Shown here: positions 1-13,087 of the stretch, one piece after another
How positions within the stretch are numbered: position 1 is the stretch's first letter
How the letters are laid out: the number at the start of each line of letters is the position of its first letter
From: Selaginella moellendorffii
Lineage: Eukaryota; Plantae; Lycopodiophyta
NCBI RefSeq assembly: GCF_000143415.4
Contig: NW_003314308.1
Span: 372,001-436,000, forward strand
Length of the DNA stretch: 64,000 bases
Direction: 5' to 3'
The notes under the pieces: generated by a model
Told to the model about the DNA's origin: nothing
Database searches by the model: none
What the model saw: only the letters and a program-made list of their open reading frames with translations
Program-made: the position numbers and the translations under genes

Positions 1-430
1 TTCACCTTAGATTTGAACTTTCATTTTACAGCATAATTGAAACCCACTCATACTTACAAGAACTTTCCATGGTTTGGACCATGGAACCCGAACCAAAGAT
101 GCATAAAGCATCTTCATCCATGATAAGAACGAAAAAGTTACCCATGAATGGAATGCTCTCAAAGTAAAAAGCTTGGATGACCATTGATCCCAGCAAGTGG
201 TGTCCATCGAATATTTCTTCATCTAGCTCAGGCATTGGCTCAATGGTTTTCAAAAGCCACTAGCTATCCAGTTCCGCGCTACCTGGGGGAATGGCGAACA
301 CAATCTCGAACACCATTTGAATCACAGCACTCTTTGGTCATTGCTACCTTGAATGCACTGCTTGAGATTGGCCAAAGCTTGTTCAGCCATGTTTCTAAAG
401 GACGGATCCATGTCCTTATGGTGTAGGAAG
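1..430 (-). mobile_element. possible hAT (DUF659-type) transposase relic
   Basis: Minus-strand peptide AFYFESIPF...KYEWVSIML resembles the FFYxNGIPF and WxxxGCSIM motifs of plant hAT transposases. It is broken by stops and cut by the window edge. Confidence 0.3.
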
Positions 431-629
431 CGATCTCCAGTTCTTGCATAGCCTACCAATCTGACTGCAGCCTAGCCGAACAGTCACAAAACCCTAAATC
501 GCAGCCAGCAAGAATTTACGTATTTCCTTCATGTTTTCGTCAAAAGATTCTGTTAGATTCCACAGAATCAATACATATAATGTACACAATGACCATATTA
601 TCATTGGTACAAAAATCCCCTGGGTTTAA

Positions 630-1030
630 CACGAGGATCGTGCGCTTGGCGAATTCCTCCTCCTGGAGCGGAAACATCTAGCAAATGAAGGTGCTCCACC
701 ATGGTGAGGGACGCATCGAGCTTCATCCCCACCTTAAACTCCACACCCTGCGGCAGTATTTCTCCAAGCTCGTCCACGAATCTCTTCCTGAAGACGATCC
801 TGGTGATGTTGTGAAATGCCACTGCCGAGACATAGTTCTTTGCGGTCACAGCCACGCCACCATTGTTCTTCACGTCCTGGAAGATCAAATTTAACATAGC
901 AACCTCGCGGATCCATCGCAGGGACTCCGTGTCTCTTGGGCGTGAAGAGCTCCAGACTGCACAGCTTCCTCACCTTCACGAACCCATCGCCATTGTCAGA
1001 AGACCTCTTGCTCGTGGATAGCGAGTGGCA
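630..1030 (-). pseudogene. CYP98A: CYP98A (p-coumaroyl ester 3'-hydroxylase, C3'H) internal fragment
   Basis: Successive frames read VKVRKLCSLELFTPKR, then YVSAVAFHNITRIVFRKRFVDELGEILPQGVEFK..MKLDASLTMVEH, then MFPLQEEEFAK. These are collinear with CYP98A3-type VKVRKVCTLELFTPKRL..YLGAVAFNNITRLAFGKRF..QGLEFK..LKLGASLSIAEH..WMFP. Frameshifted, with no heme-binding region. Confidence 0.75.
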
Positions 1031-1078
1031 TCTCTTTTGTATTTTTTTTTAATTTTAAAGGCCTGGCGGGAAGATATT

Positions 1079-3046
1079 TTAGGGCAGCTTCAATGCGTTG
1101 GAGAGGAGAATGTAAGGTGATCCATTCTCCGGCTCTAGATCAAGAACGCGGCACGCCGCTCGCGTCCCTCGATTCTCTTCCCCGTGGATCTCACAGGCAG
1201 CGAGCAGCGTCCTCCATGCGACCGCGTCTTCTTTTCTTGCAATCCGAGCGAGCTCCTCCGCTTCGTCGAGCCGCTTCACCCGGCCCAGGGCATCGATCAG
1301 GCAGTGGAGATGCTCTGGCAGCCGCTCCAGGTGGAAATCCGTGGCCATGGAGCTGAAGAGATTGATCGCGTCTTGGATTTTCCCGGCATGGCCACATCCG
1401 GTGAGCATCGCGAGGATCGTCACGGCGTCGGGATCACTGCCGCGCAGCAGCATCTCGCGAAATATTTCGATATTTCGCTCACAGTCCCCGCTCTGCGCGA
1501 TCGCGGTGATCAAGACGTTCCATGACACGGAGTCCAGCTCCTGCGCCGAATCGATGATGTTCCTGGCGCTGTCGAGCAGGCCATTGTGCGCGTAAGCGCT
1601 CGCCATCGCATTCCAGGTGAGAATATTTCGCTCTGGAATCTGTGTGAAGCTGACGATTGCTTCCTCTACCAGGCCGTTTTGCCCGCACGCGACGATCATC
1701 AAGTTCCACGACAATAGGTCTCTCCCAGGAATTCTCTGAATCACGGCTCTGGCCTCGTCGATCGACTGTCCCCGCTGAGCATACGCCGAGAGCAGCCAGC
1801 TCCAAGATGCCAGATCTCTGTGGCTCATCGCATCAAACTGGAGCTTGACGTCCTCGACCGATCCAGCTCGCGCGAAGGCTCTCAACATCAGATTCTCGGA
1901 AACTAGGCTCCTCTGAGGCATCGCTGCAAAGATCTCGTGGGCGGCATGGGCATCGCACCTCGAGTAGGCGGCAATCATCGCGTTCCAGGACACCGCATTC
2001 CTGTGTGGCATCTGGCGAAAGAAGATTTTCTGGGTGTTCTTCACATCGCCGCTCTCGGCATAGGCCTGGATCATCGCGGTGAGCACGACGAGATCGTGCT
2101 GCGGCATCCTCTCCACAACCTCTCGCGCCAGCAGCAGATCCCAGCGCGAGCAGGAACTTACCAGCGCGGTCCAGGACACGGCATCTCGCTGAGGAGCAGC
2201 GTCGAAGGTCTGTTTCGATCGATCATCCTGGCTGCTAACCGAGATCATCGTGTTCCAGGACACTCGATCCCACATTGGCATCGCCACAAAGATCGCTCGC
2301 GCCTCGTCGCCATCGCAATCTCTCGCCGCCAGTAGCAACAGCGCGTTCCAAGAGAAACCATCTCTTTCAGGCATCGCCAAGAACAAGCTCCTCGCCTCGC
2401 AAAGATCCCCGCTCTGGGCATATGCCTGGAGCATCAAGTTCCACGTTACTAGGCACCTCTGGGGCATCTTGTCCAACAGCACCAGAGATTCCCGAATACT
2501 TCCAGCTTGGCAGTACGCCCCAATGGTCCTCGTCCACGTGTTGGCATCTCGCTGTGGCATCGACTCCAACACATTTAGAGCACATTCCAGATTCCCTGCC
2601 TGGGAATATGCGTGGAGGACGGTGTTCCAGGCACGCAGGTCCCTGTATGGCATCTTCTCAAAAACTTCCATGGCATCCCCAAGATTCCCAAGAGATACAA
2701 AGCCCGCGATGACGCTCGTCCACGCTACAACGTCTCGGTGGGGCATATTCTCAAAGAGTCTAAAGGATTCCGGCATATGCCCATTCTGGGCATATGCCGC
2801 GACCGCAATATTCCACGAGTGTAGGTTGGGGCAGGGGATGGAATCGAAGACGTTCCTGGCCTCGTACAGTCTTCCGAGCTTGCCGTACATTTCAACCAGT
2901 GCGTTGGAGAGGAATGTGTTGTGTCTGAGCTCTGGAGAGGAGAGAATCTCTTGGTGAATCGCCGCTGCCTTGCGGTGGTCTTTGAGAGCGCCACACAGCT
3001 TTGCCGAGCTTGCCAAAGAGAGTATCCTGCGGAGCTCTTCCCGCAT
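1079..3046 (-). CDS. PLS-class PPR protein, rich in short S motifs, ending in an E domain
   Basis: Intronless ORF with ~31-aa repeats (FxxMPxRDxVSWNxMIxAYAQxG) and E-domain tail AVAWRTLLAACEIHG..PYILLSN. First ATG at 3046. Confidence 0.9.
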   Translation of the reverse strand: MREELRRILSLASSAKLCGALKDHRKAAAIHQEILSSPELRHNTFLSNALVEMYGKLGRLYEARNVFDSIPCPNLHSWNIAVAAYAQNGHMPESFRLFENMPHRDVVAWTSVIAGFVSLGNLGDAMEVFEKMPYRDLRAWNTVLHAYSQAGNLECALNVLESMPQRDANTWTRTIGAYCQAGSIRESLVLLDKMPQRCLVTWNLMLQAYAQSGDLCEARSLFLAMPERDGFSWNALLLLAARDCDGDEARAIFVAMPMWDRVSWNTMISVSSQDDRSKQTFDAAPQRDAVSWTALVSSCSRWDLLLAREVVERMPQHDLVVLTAMIQAYAESGDVKNTQKIFFRQMPHRNAVSWNAMIAAYSRCDAHAAHEIFAAMPQRSLVSENLMLRAFARAGSVEDVKLQFDAMSHRDLASWSWLLSAYAQRGQSIDEARAVIQRIPGRDLLSWNLMIVACGQNGLVEEAIVSFTQIPERNILTWNAMASAYAHNGLLDSARNIIDSAQELDSVSWNVLITAIAQSGDCERNIEIFREMLLRGSDPDAVTILAMLTGCGHAGKIQDAINLFSSMATDFHLERLPEHLHCLIDALGRVKRLDEAEELARIARKEDAVAWRTLLAACEIHGEENRGTRAACRVLDLEPENGSPYILLSNALKLP

Positions 3047-3143
3047 GGAATTGAGATGGAGAGGCAAACTTGCCTCATTGCAGGAGAAATCTCTAGCTCA
3101 AGTGTCTTTCTTTTTGCCTACGAATGGCTTTTGCCGTTCTTTT

Positions 3144-4869
3144 CTACGTTGATAGCGCTCTCGTCTGCAATTCCACTGTCAAGTCCCTCACGCCAATGTC
3201 ATTGTAGACGCTGTGGGCGTGTTTTAGAATGGCTTGCTCGTCGCTGCCTTCTTTCACCTGTGGATTCGACTTGAGACATTCAAAGCTAGAAAGAAGGATT
3301 TTTAGAAATTCTTGCCTCGAGGAGAAGCGTCCCCACGACAAAGCCAGGGACGAGTTCCCAGAAACGAGCACGATAACACTCTAGCACGCCTTCAAGTGAT
3401 CCCACCTGGGAAAAAAGTTAAGCTTAAGCTTAGTAGCTGGACGAGAGACTATACTATCACGTACTTGTCTCAGGCATTTGCTAAAAGCCGATGGAGATAT
3501 CCCTGGAGGAGACATTTGCAAGAGTAATCCTCCAGAAGCGTTGAACAGAGGTAGAGCCAGGAAAAACACTGCTACCGAGACAATGCCCAAGCAAAGAGTT
3601 TCTGCGTTTTTCACCCTGGAAAAGAGAAAAACAGAAGACTATACACAACCGTTTACTTATAGATTCCACTTACCCAAGAGCCAAGAGCCAGGATGCAAGG
3701 ATCACACCAGTGCTTCAAACATAAGAAAGACAAAGCTTAGACAACTTTCGAGTTACGAGCGATTTAAGCTTTCTTACCTTCGAATAGAATCAGAGAGTAC
3801 GTGGAGACAGATGGAGTGATTGTTCATGTCTTCCGCTTTCCTGTAAACTGATCATGCGCAAAAGTGTAAAACCGAAGCGCTCACTCGATAGAGAGGTACG
3901 TTACCAAAACTTATCCGCGCGTAGTTTCGGAAGAACCATACTCCCATGGCATTCACGCACAGATTTGCTACGGCTGACACGATCAAGTAGTGCCTGAGAA
4001 AAAGAAAAAGGTGGACCTTGATAGGACGGACAAAAGAGAGAACAAAGCCTTACTTATGCTCGGACTCGTCTTGAACGAAAGCATGCAACGCTTCCACGGC
4101 AAGAGAGAATGCGAGAAAAAGCAAAAAAAGCTGCAAAACATACGAGAAACAAGAGATGAGCCGTGGAGAGAAAAGCAAAGATAAACTGGAATGCTTTTCT
4201 ACAGTGTTTGTAAAGGCCGCTAGAACTTCCAATCTCTTATGCCTGCGTCGAGAAGGAAGAACACTAAAATCCCACACAAGAGAAAAGAAAAAGCCGCGAA
4301 GCACTGACCCGTAAGTATAATCGTCGTCAGCTTTCCGCTTGGCCATGACCATCGCAAACAAGGAGAAAGTGAGCATCCCACAGCCGAAAGTGAGATGGAA
4401 AGCATCCGACACAAGACCTGAAAGAGGAAAACAAAGAAAGATTCATCATCTCAAACTCTTTTCTCTCTTTTCTATGCTTACCAATGCGACCAGTGAGCAA
4501 TCCAATGAAGAGCTCCAGCGAGGAGTAGGCGACATTGAGGAGGATGAGAAGGAGCAGCCGCTTCGTCTGCCGGTTGCCATAGCTGGTGATCTTCTGCATG
4601 AGCGTGAGAGCCTTGACGGCGCCCCTCACATTCTTCCACTTGCTGCTCCTGGTCGTCCCCTGGAGATCGCTCTTCCATGACGACACATTTCTAGAGAGGG
4701 CGGGACTAAACCTGGAGAGCGAGGGGGGATTCTTCCAGCTCTCCCGACCGGACGCTGGCGATGGTAGATTATCCAAAGGCGCGGCAGCAGCAGGAGGATG
4801 GCGCTTGTTGCCCGGCGGCTGTGGGCTGAGAGGAACTGAATCGAAGCGCACAGCGTCCGGCTCCTCCAT
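3144..4869 (-). CDS. MTP5: Metal tolerance protein (CDF family, MTP5/MTPc2-like), multi-exon
   Basis: Exons RQTKRLLLLILLNVAYSSLELFIGLLTGRIG, LVSDAFHLTFGCG, KRLEVLAAFTN, KNAETLCLGIVSVAVF..LLQMSPPGISPSAFSKCLRQ and VYNDIGVRDLTVE, separated by short GT-AG introns. Confidence 0.88.
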
Positions 4870-4929
4870 GCTAGTTTTAGGGCACGAAAAATATGATTTA
4901 GCTCGCATTTAGTAGCGTAGCAGGATTTG

Positions 4930-5260
4930 CTGCTGTTTGTCATTGGTGTCTGTTCTTCACCAAGAAAAGTGCGACTCTTACTATCGAGCTAGTGAAAAGA
5001 TCTTTTTCTCTTCATACCTGAGACCATGAGCCTGCGATCGGCACGGTTTCGTTCTTTGGATTCCAGCCGATTCCAGCCGATGAGAAAACTCGTGAGTTTT
5101 CTCATGCTAAACAGCGGCGACAGTTTTATCCACTCTAATGAGAAAGTATCCAAAATATGCTTTCGATATTTCTTATCACTGTGTTTTTCGCTTTTCAAAT
5201 TCCTGTAATCCAATCTATCCTGGCAAAACATACGAGAAACATCTTAAAACAGTGTTTGTT
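4930..5260 (-). pseudogene. Decayed MSI1'/MTP5' duplicate fragment (array unit A)
   Basis: Matches 10540-10850 (e.g. gtgaaaagatctttttctcttcatacctg), followed by MTP5-like gcaaaacatacgagaaaca. 5088-5258 is repeated at 5648-5817. Confidence 0.8.
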
Positions 5261-5559
5261 TTTATTTCAGAAAACTAATTTACATTTACAGAATTCTATA
5301 TGGTTTTTTTTCTGCTGGGATCCCTTATTTATTTATTTATAGAGAATTACAAATTAAAAGTGTGAGGGCCAAGTGTACGGCTACGATGCCGTATGCTAAT
5401 ATTAGCATAGTGTGATTTTGGTAGCCGTCGGATTGGTTTTAATCTGGACCACTCGCTCCTGTATATAAACTAAGGTTTTTGGGCTAATTAATAGACACAT
5501 TTCTGTATTCCTTTTTTATATTCCATGCACTCACAAAAGCAAATTAATTATTTGTAAAA

Positions 5560-6195
5560 AGACCTCCTCCCACTGTAAGAAGCTAGAAGGAGTAAGAAGC
5601 TAGAAGGAGTGAAAAGGAGGGTATGATTCACAAATGTACGCAACAGACTCGTGAGTTTTCTCATCTTAAACAGTGGCGACAGTTTTATCCGCTCTAATGA
5701 GGAAGTATCCAAAATACGCTTTCGATATTTCTTTTCACTGTGTTTTTCGCTTTTCAGATTCCTGTATCCAATCTATCCCAGCAAAACATACGAGAAACAT
5801 CTTAGAACAGTGTTTGTAAGCTAGACACAACACTAAAATCTCAAACAAGAAAGCACTGAAACGTAAGTATAATCGTGGCAAGCTTTTCTCTTCGCCATGA
5901 CCCAAGGAGAAAGCGAGCATCCCACAGCCGAAAGCTAGATGGAAAGCATCCGACACAAGCCCTGGAAGAGAAAACAAACAAAAAACCATATCTCTTGTTT
6001 CTATGCTCACCAATACCTACAACCAGCAATGAAGAGCTCTAGTGAGGAGTACGGAACATTGAGGAGGATGAGAAGGAGCAGCCGCTTCGTCATAGCTCGT
6101 CTGGGACTAAACCTGGGGGGATTCCCGACCCGTTGTCCGGCGGCTGTGGGCTGAGAGGAACTGGATCGAAGCTGCTAGTTTTACGACACGAAGAA
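5560..6195 (-). pseudogene. Decayed MSI1'/MTP5' duplicate fragment (array unit B)
   Basis: MSI1-derived sequence (from ~10710-10940) is joined to a deletion-riddled copy of MTP5 4130-4890 (LVSDAFHLAFGCG exon; ggctgtgggctgagaggaactg). Confidence 0.82.
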
Positions 6196-6479
6196 CTATG
6201 TTACTACATTACGCCACTGCTTAAATAGATGCAAAAGACTTGCACCGCAAAACCAAGAACAAGAAGAGAAAAAGTAGAGAAAGAGATAACTATGCGAGAA
6301 AAAAAGAGGGGGAGAACTCCTGGAATGACAACGCTCAGTAAGCAACGAGGAAAGAGAAAAACAAATGGATAGAACCAGGCTCAGTGCTTCTCTCGAGATC
6401 CAGCTCGGGAAACGCAGGATAAAAGCGATGCCGCTGCTGGAGACACGGTCGGAATTGCCTGCTGCTACATTCTCGAATT

Positions 6480-6900
6480 GCGAATTGACTCTGATCAGCC
6501 GTCCTCGTAAATCAATCGTCAACCTGACTCAACGTTTTGTTCCATTGCCTCGAGAATTCGTGCCCGGTGGCTCCTGTTCGGCCTCCTGCAAGTTGAATTC
6601 AAAGAACTTACTTATAGCACGTGATGAACGGGCTTTCACCTTTCCTTCTTCTCTGAACTTCCAAAGAAGAAGCGAAGGCAAAAACGAGTTCATCGCAAGT
6701 TGAGGTCTATTGAGCGAAAAGTTTCCCTTCGAAAGATCTCAGGGATGAAAGTTCGCTGCCCAACTTACATAGTTATCTAATAGGAAGCGAATGTCCATGC
6801 TTGAGATCTTCACAGAAACTCCAAAAAAAGCCTCAAGCAAAAGAATGCGGCAGCGGCTGGATTTCCTGATGAAAGAGGATGAATAATAAGCAATGAAACA
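6480..6900 (-). pseudogene. Diverged copy of orphan gene X (cf. 9170-10104)
   Basis: gcctcgagaattc..ggctcctg..ggcctcctgcaagttgaa and cccttcgaaag also occur at 9260-9430. Confidence 0.6.
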
Positions 6901-7585
6901 AACTTGCCTGAAATATTTGCTTGGCTTCGAGCACTCGCTGTGCCTTGGTAACATCCAGAGCCATATCTGGGAGTCATCCGAGCCGCTTAGCAAATGACCT
7001 TCTTTGAATGGACTCCACGAAAGTCGGTCTTGTGTCCCCGATCCTTATATCCGAGCTGCACACGCCCTCTTGAGGCGGCTCCCACATTCACACACAGATT
7101 TGCTACGGCTGAAACGATCAAGTAGTGCTTACGAAAATGGATCTTGACACGAAATACAGAGCCACAAAGCCTTACTTGTGCTCGGAACTAAGGCACCGGA
7201 TCCACGGCAAGAGAGAACGCGAGAAACAGCAGAGAACTGATCCGTAAATAATCGTCATTGGCTTTTGTCTTCGCGATGATCGGAAACAAGGAGAAAGTCC
7301 GCATCCCACAGCCGAAAGCTAGATGAAATCTTCTGGGAAGAGAAAACAGAGAAACTCTCGTCTTAAAGTCTTTTTTCTCCTTGCTATGCTTACCATGAAG
7401 AGCTCCAGCGAGGAGTAAGGAGGAGGAGGACGAGAAGCAGCCGCTTTGAAATCGTGATCTTGCATGAGCGTGAGAGGCTTCACATCCTTCCACTTACTGG
7501 AAAGTGAGGGGATTTTTAGCTCTCCCGACCGGACGCTGGCAGTGATGCTCGTTGACCGGCGGCTGTGGGCTGAGAGGAACTGATT
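6895..7585 (-). pseudogene. Decayed MSI1'/MTP5' chimera (array unit C)
   Basis: A copy of MSI1 11165-11357 ([10 protein letters not shown] exon) is fused at ctcttgaggcggct|ccca to a copy of MTP5 3943-4840. Confidence 0.85.
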
Positions 7586-7824
7586 TTCTCTAAGATGATA
7601 TTCTTTTTACACGAACAGGTTGCGTCATTTTGCAAACGAACTATATCTTCAACTAGAACTTATGTGAAGAAGTTCCCATGTTTATGTAGGAACACAAATG
7701 AATCTATATTATTGAGCTCTACTATTGAATGTCCGACTCTGTATGTGTTAGGAATTGCTGCTTTCAAAGGGGTGGTCTTTAATTCTTCAAAACTTCGCAA
7801 GCAAAAATAAAAAACCAGGGCATA

Positions 7825-8469
7825 ATGGGAGGTAACCAGCCGCGCTGTAGTGGTTTTATGCTGCCTCCGCCGCCCCGTGTCCGTGACAGCAAATGGCTTC
7901 AGGAGGGGGAGCTCGAGTCCCTGGGCAGTAGCAAGTGCGAGGTGAGCTTACTCCCTTCTGGTACCTTCGACGACTGTCCTCGCAAGAGAGTGGATTGGGG
8001 TAGACTTGTGCAAGGCTGTGTACAAAAAGGCGGGAATGCTAGCTGGGTCGATTGCTTGGCGATTTGTGCAAGAGCCATGGCCAAGATCAAGGCACCCAAG
8101 CTTGAAACTCGGCCTGGAGGAGAGATGGTGATGCTATCTCTCAAAGGAAGCACGTCAGTGTTGAAAGCGAAGGAGATTCCTGATCACTTGTTGGAGGCGC
8201 TGGTAGCTCGGCATCCCGTGGTGACCAGCCTGCGCTGCAACCAGGGACGCGTGATTGATCCTGGCTTTACTACTGGTCATCTCAATCCGTATCCATTCTA
8301 CAATGGAGACTACAATCTGGATTGTATCCCACGCTGCTCGGTGTTGGTAGGCTACGACTGCACGTTCTGGACCATCTTCGACACGGCATTCAACGTAGTT
8401 TATAATGTTCGTAAAACCGGGGTTGACTTACTCACTGGAGTGGGAGAGATCGTACTCGTGCCTATGTAA
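7825..8469 (+). CDS. Intronless divergent papain-like (C1A) protein with probably substituted catalytic residues
   Basis: 214-aa ORF with collinear C1A-like motifs: RVDWG..NASW (VDWR..GSCW), LLEALVARHPVVTSL (LxxAVAxQPVSVAI), RCSVLVGY (HAVLLVGY) and FWTIFDT (YWIVKNS). Confidence 0.5.
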   Translation: MGGNQPRCSGFMLPPPPRVRDSKWLQEGELESLGSSKCEVSLLPSGTFDDCPRKRVDWGRLVQGCVQKGGNASWVDCLAICARAMAKIKAPKLETRPGGEMVMLSLKGSTSVLKAKEIPDHLLEALVARHPVVTSLRCNQGRVIDPGFTTGHLNPYPFYNGDYNLDCIPRCSVLVGYDCTFWTIFDTAFNVVYNVRKTGVDLLTGVGEIVLVPM

Positions 8470-8599
8470 GATTTCTGTCTGAATAAACTACCCCCTGGGT
8501 GTTTGCGAATGGAGGGACTACATGAAAATGCCTCCAGAGGTGGACCACGGTGGAGTCATTCGAAAGCTCCCCTTCCTGATGTAGACACAGTCTTGGCTC

Positions 8600-9150
8600 G
8601 ACTTAGGTTTTCCAAAAGCAGGTGCCCTTTCAGCATCCCAGAGACATATCTGGGAGTCATTCGAGCAGTTGGCAAATGACCAGAAAGTCCATAGCCTCCC
8701 CTCTTGAGGCGGCTCCCATATTCACACATAGATTTGCTGTGACTGATAGGATCAAGTAGTGCCTGAGAAAATGTATCTTTACAGGAAATACAAGAGAGAG
8801 CAACCTTACTTGTGCTCGGACTTGAACGAACGCGAGAAACAGCAGCGAAAAGAAAGAATACAGACCCGTAAGTATAATTGTTGTCTTCGCGATGATCGGA
8901 AACAAGGAGAAAGTCCGTATCCCACAGCCGAAAGTTTGGTGGAAGAAAACAAAGAAACTCTCGTTTTTTCTATGCTTACCAATGCGACCAATGAGCAATC
9001 CAATGAAGAGCTCCAGCGAGGAGTAAGGAGGACAAGCAGCCACTTCGTCATCGTGATCTTCTGCATGAACGTGAGACGCTTCACATTCTTCCTCTTACTA
9101 CTGTGCTCTTCCAAAACGACTGTGAAGAGTGAGGAAATTTTTAGCTCTCT
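8600..9150 (-). pseudogene. Decayed MSI1'/MTP5' chimera (array unit D)
   Basis: Has the same ctcttgaggcggct|ccca junction as unit C and retains the exon YSSLELFIGLLIGRIG. Confidence 0.85.
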
Positions 9151-9169
9151 CGACTGGAAAAATATCTTA

Positions 9170-10104
9170 CTTTGCTTAGCAATGCGTTGACATCCAATTT
9201 AATTACAGATGCAAATTTTGAAAGGCTTTGTTGGCTTGATCAGCCCAATCGTCAACATGGCCTCGAGAATTCTTGTCTCTGGCTCCTGCTTGGCCTCCTG
9301 CAAGTTGAAATCGTGCTTAATTTCTTTTCGAAGGAGGTGAAAGAAAGAACTTACGAATCGCATTGCATCGGCTGCGATGAGCGGGCTTTGACCTCTTCTT
9401 CTCTGGAAAATGATTGATCTCCCTTCGAAAGTTCCTAAGCATAAATGCTTGCTGCCACTGCACGAACAGAGCTGTGGAAAAAGAAACTCCAAAATAAACT
9501 TTTAAAAAACCTCAGTAAAAGTTTGCGACAGAGGCTGGATTCCCTCCTGCATTTTTTGCGCCTCATGGAGAGCGCACGCATACCTCTGCAATCAACGAGC
9601 TTTCTTCCAGCCAGTAAATTAAAAGGTGACCACTTACAGCCCTCAAGGACGATATGGTCTGGACTGCAGGAACTTTGTCTTCCTTCTCGCCACTGCAATC
9701 ACCGTGTTGCTCAAAGTTGCCTTTGAACAACTCGGTGATTGCAATAGCAAGATGTGGAGCGACGCTTGGCTCCGCCGCAATAGCTCGCAGTTCGTCGTTC
9801 AGAAGACGCATCGACTCCAACTCCGTCGTCTGCCCCTGGAAAGAAAGCATCAGAAGAATGTCATGAACGTCAATCTTCTTACCTGGCCTCCATGGCTGGA
9901 GCTTTCTTTGTGCTTCTTGTTGCACGGAAGAACTTCCAGGGATGCGGAGTCTCTCTGCCTTTTCTGACTCTCCTGATCCTGTCGTCGCGGCGCCTCCGAA
10001 CTCTGAAGTGTAGACACATGGAAATCCTGCATCTGGTTTATAAGGGAGTCATGGGAAGAGACGTCGTGGCTATCATGAGGATGATCGATCGGAAGGGCCT
10101 CCAT
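9170..10104 (-). CDS. Orphan multi-exon gene X (unknown function; may be decaying)
   Basis: ATG at 10104 (MEALPIDHPHDSH..HGGQ), canonical short introns (gtaag..ttccag; gtaag..ttgcag) and exon GQTTELESMRLLNDELRAIAAEP. Two further copies lie in the window. Confidence 0.45.
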
Positions 10105-10333
10105 TGCAATGAACAAGATTCTCATGAAGAAAACGAAGCTCAGGAAAGAAAACGAAGCGACTAGAACAAAAAATCGGCGAGGAAGCTGAAAGGCCAACGG
10201 CCACTGGCACCTCAGAATCAGAGACTACAAAACATGAAATCTGAAGATCTCAATCCATCCATGTCTTGAAAATGTTACCTGGATATTCCAGGTATATCCT
10301 TCAAGCTTCACAAACTAAAGAAATCTTCTTTTA

Positions 10334-12275
<1,942 letters not shown>

Positions 12276-12987
12276 ATGGGGCGGCCGTCTGTGTTTGTGG
12301 TGATCTTCATCATTGTAGCTCACATTATCTCTTTCGCGATGTCTCTTGGGGCGGAGACTCGACGAACAAAGGTAAACCTCTCGCGCTCTCTCCGAGATAG
12401 ATTTTTCATTGCGAGTCTTCCAGGTAGTTTGGGAGTATGATCCCAATAACCAGTACTACTATTGCAAATACAAGCTAGACATCGCTAGTGGTCTCGCTGG
12501 AGCGGCCTTTGTATTTAATCTCCTCTCGTTTCTGTTGATCATGGGAATGACCAAGTGCTACTGCTGTGCGGGTCCTCACAAGCCCAGTGGAAATCGATTC
12601 TGTGCACTCCTCTCCTTTTTTCTACTCATGTAAGTAGCTTTGGAGCTTTTCATTCCAGCTTTGATTTTCTCTTTGGTTTTGCGTTGTTCTTGCAGAATCG
12701 TGTTTATAATTGCCGAGGCTTGCCTTCTCGCCGGCGTCAACCGCAACCAAATGAGAACAAAGACGATATACTTCCAGGGGCAAAACGTTCCCGACTGTGA
12801 GACTATAAGCAAAGGCATCTTCTCGGCGGCGGCGGCGTTTACGTTCTTCTGCCTGATACTGAGCTTATCTTACTACGTTTCAGCCGCAAAGTCGGAAGAT
12901 AGCTATCCGCTGCCTCCGCGGCCACCGTCGGTCGGGATGACAATGTTTCCTCAGCAGCCATCCGGCCCGAGTCCCTATGCCTTGTAA
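12276..12987 (+). CDS. DUF1218 family membrane protein, 3 exons
   Basis: MGRPSVFVVIF..AETRR / YCKYKLDIASGLAGAAF..MTKCYCC / IIAEACLLAG..CETISKGIFSAAAAF. Confidence 0.85.
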
Positions 12988-13087
12988 GCTCTCGCCTTTC
13001 ACGACGACGACGAACTCCGGGACTTCTTCTTTCAACTTTCCTGGAAGCGATCGGTCACACAAAGTAAGCTTCTTTTTTTTTCCTCTC

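Noticed and set aside
1079-3046. Periodic ~93-bp repeats resembling a spacer array
   Set aside because: They are PPR S-motif codon repeats in a eukaryotic ORF, not CRISPR.
5260-5560. AT-rich insert between array units A and B as a MITE
   Set aside because: Terminal inverted similarity is weak and low-complexity, with no TSD.
4930-9150. Helitron or Pack-MULE capture as the origin of the chimeric fragments
   Set aside because: The donor genes flank the array, the junction fits tandem duplication, and no element termini are visible.
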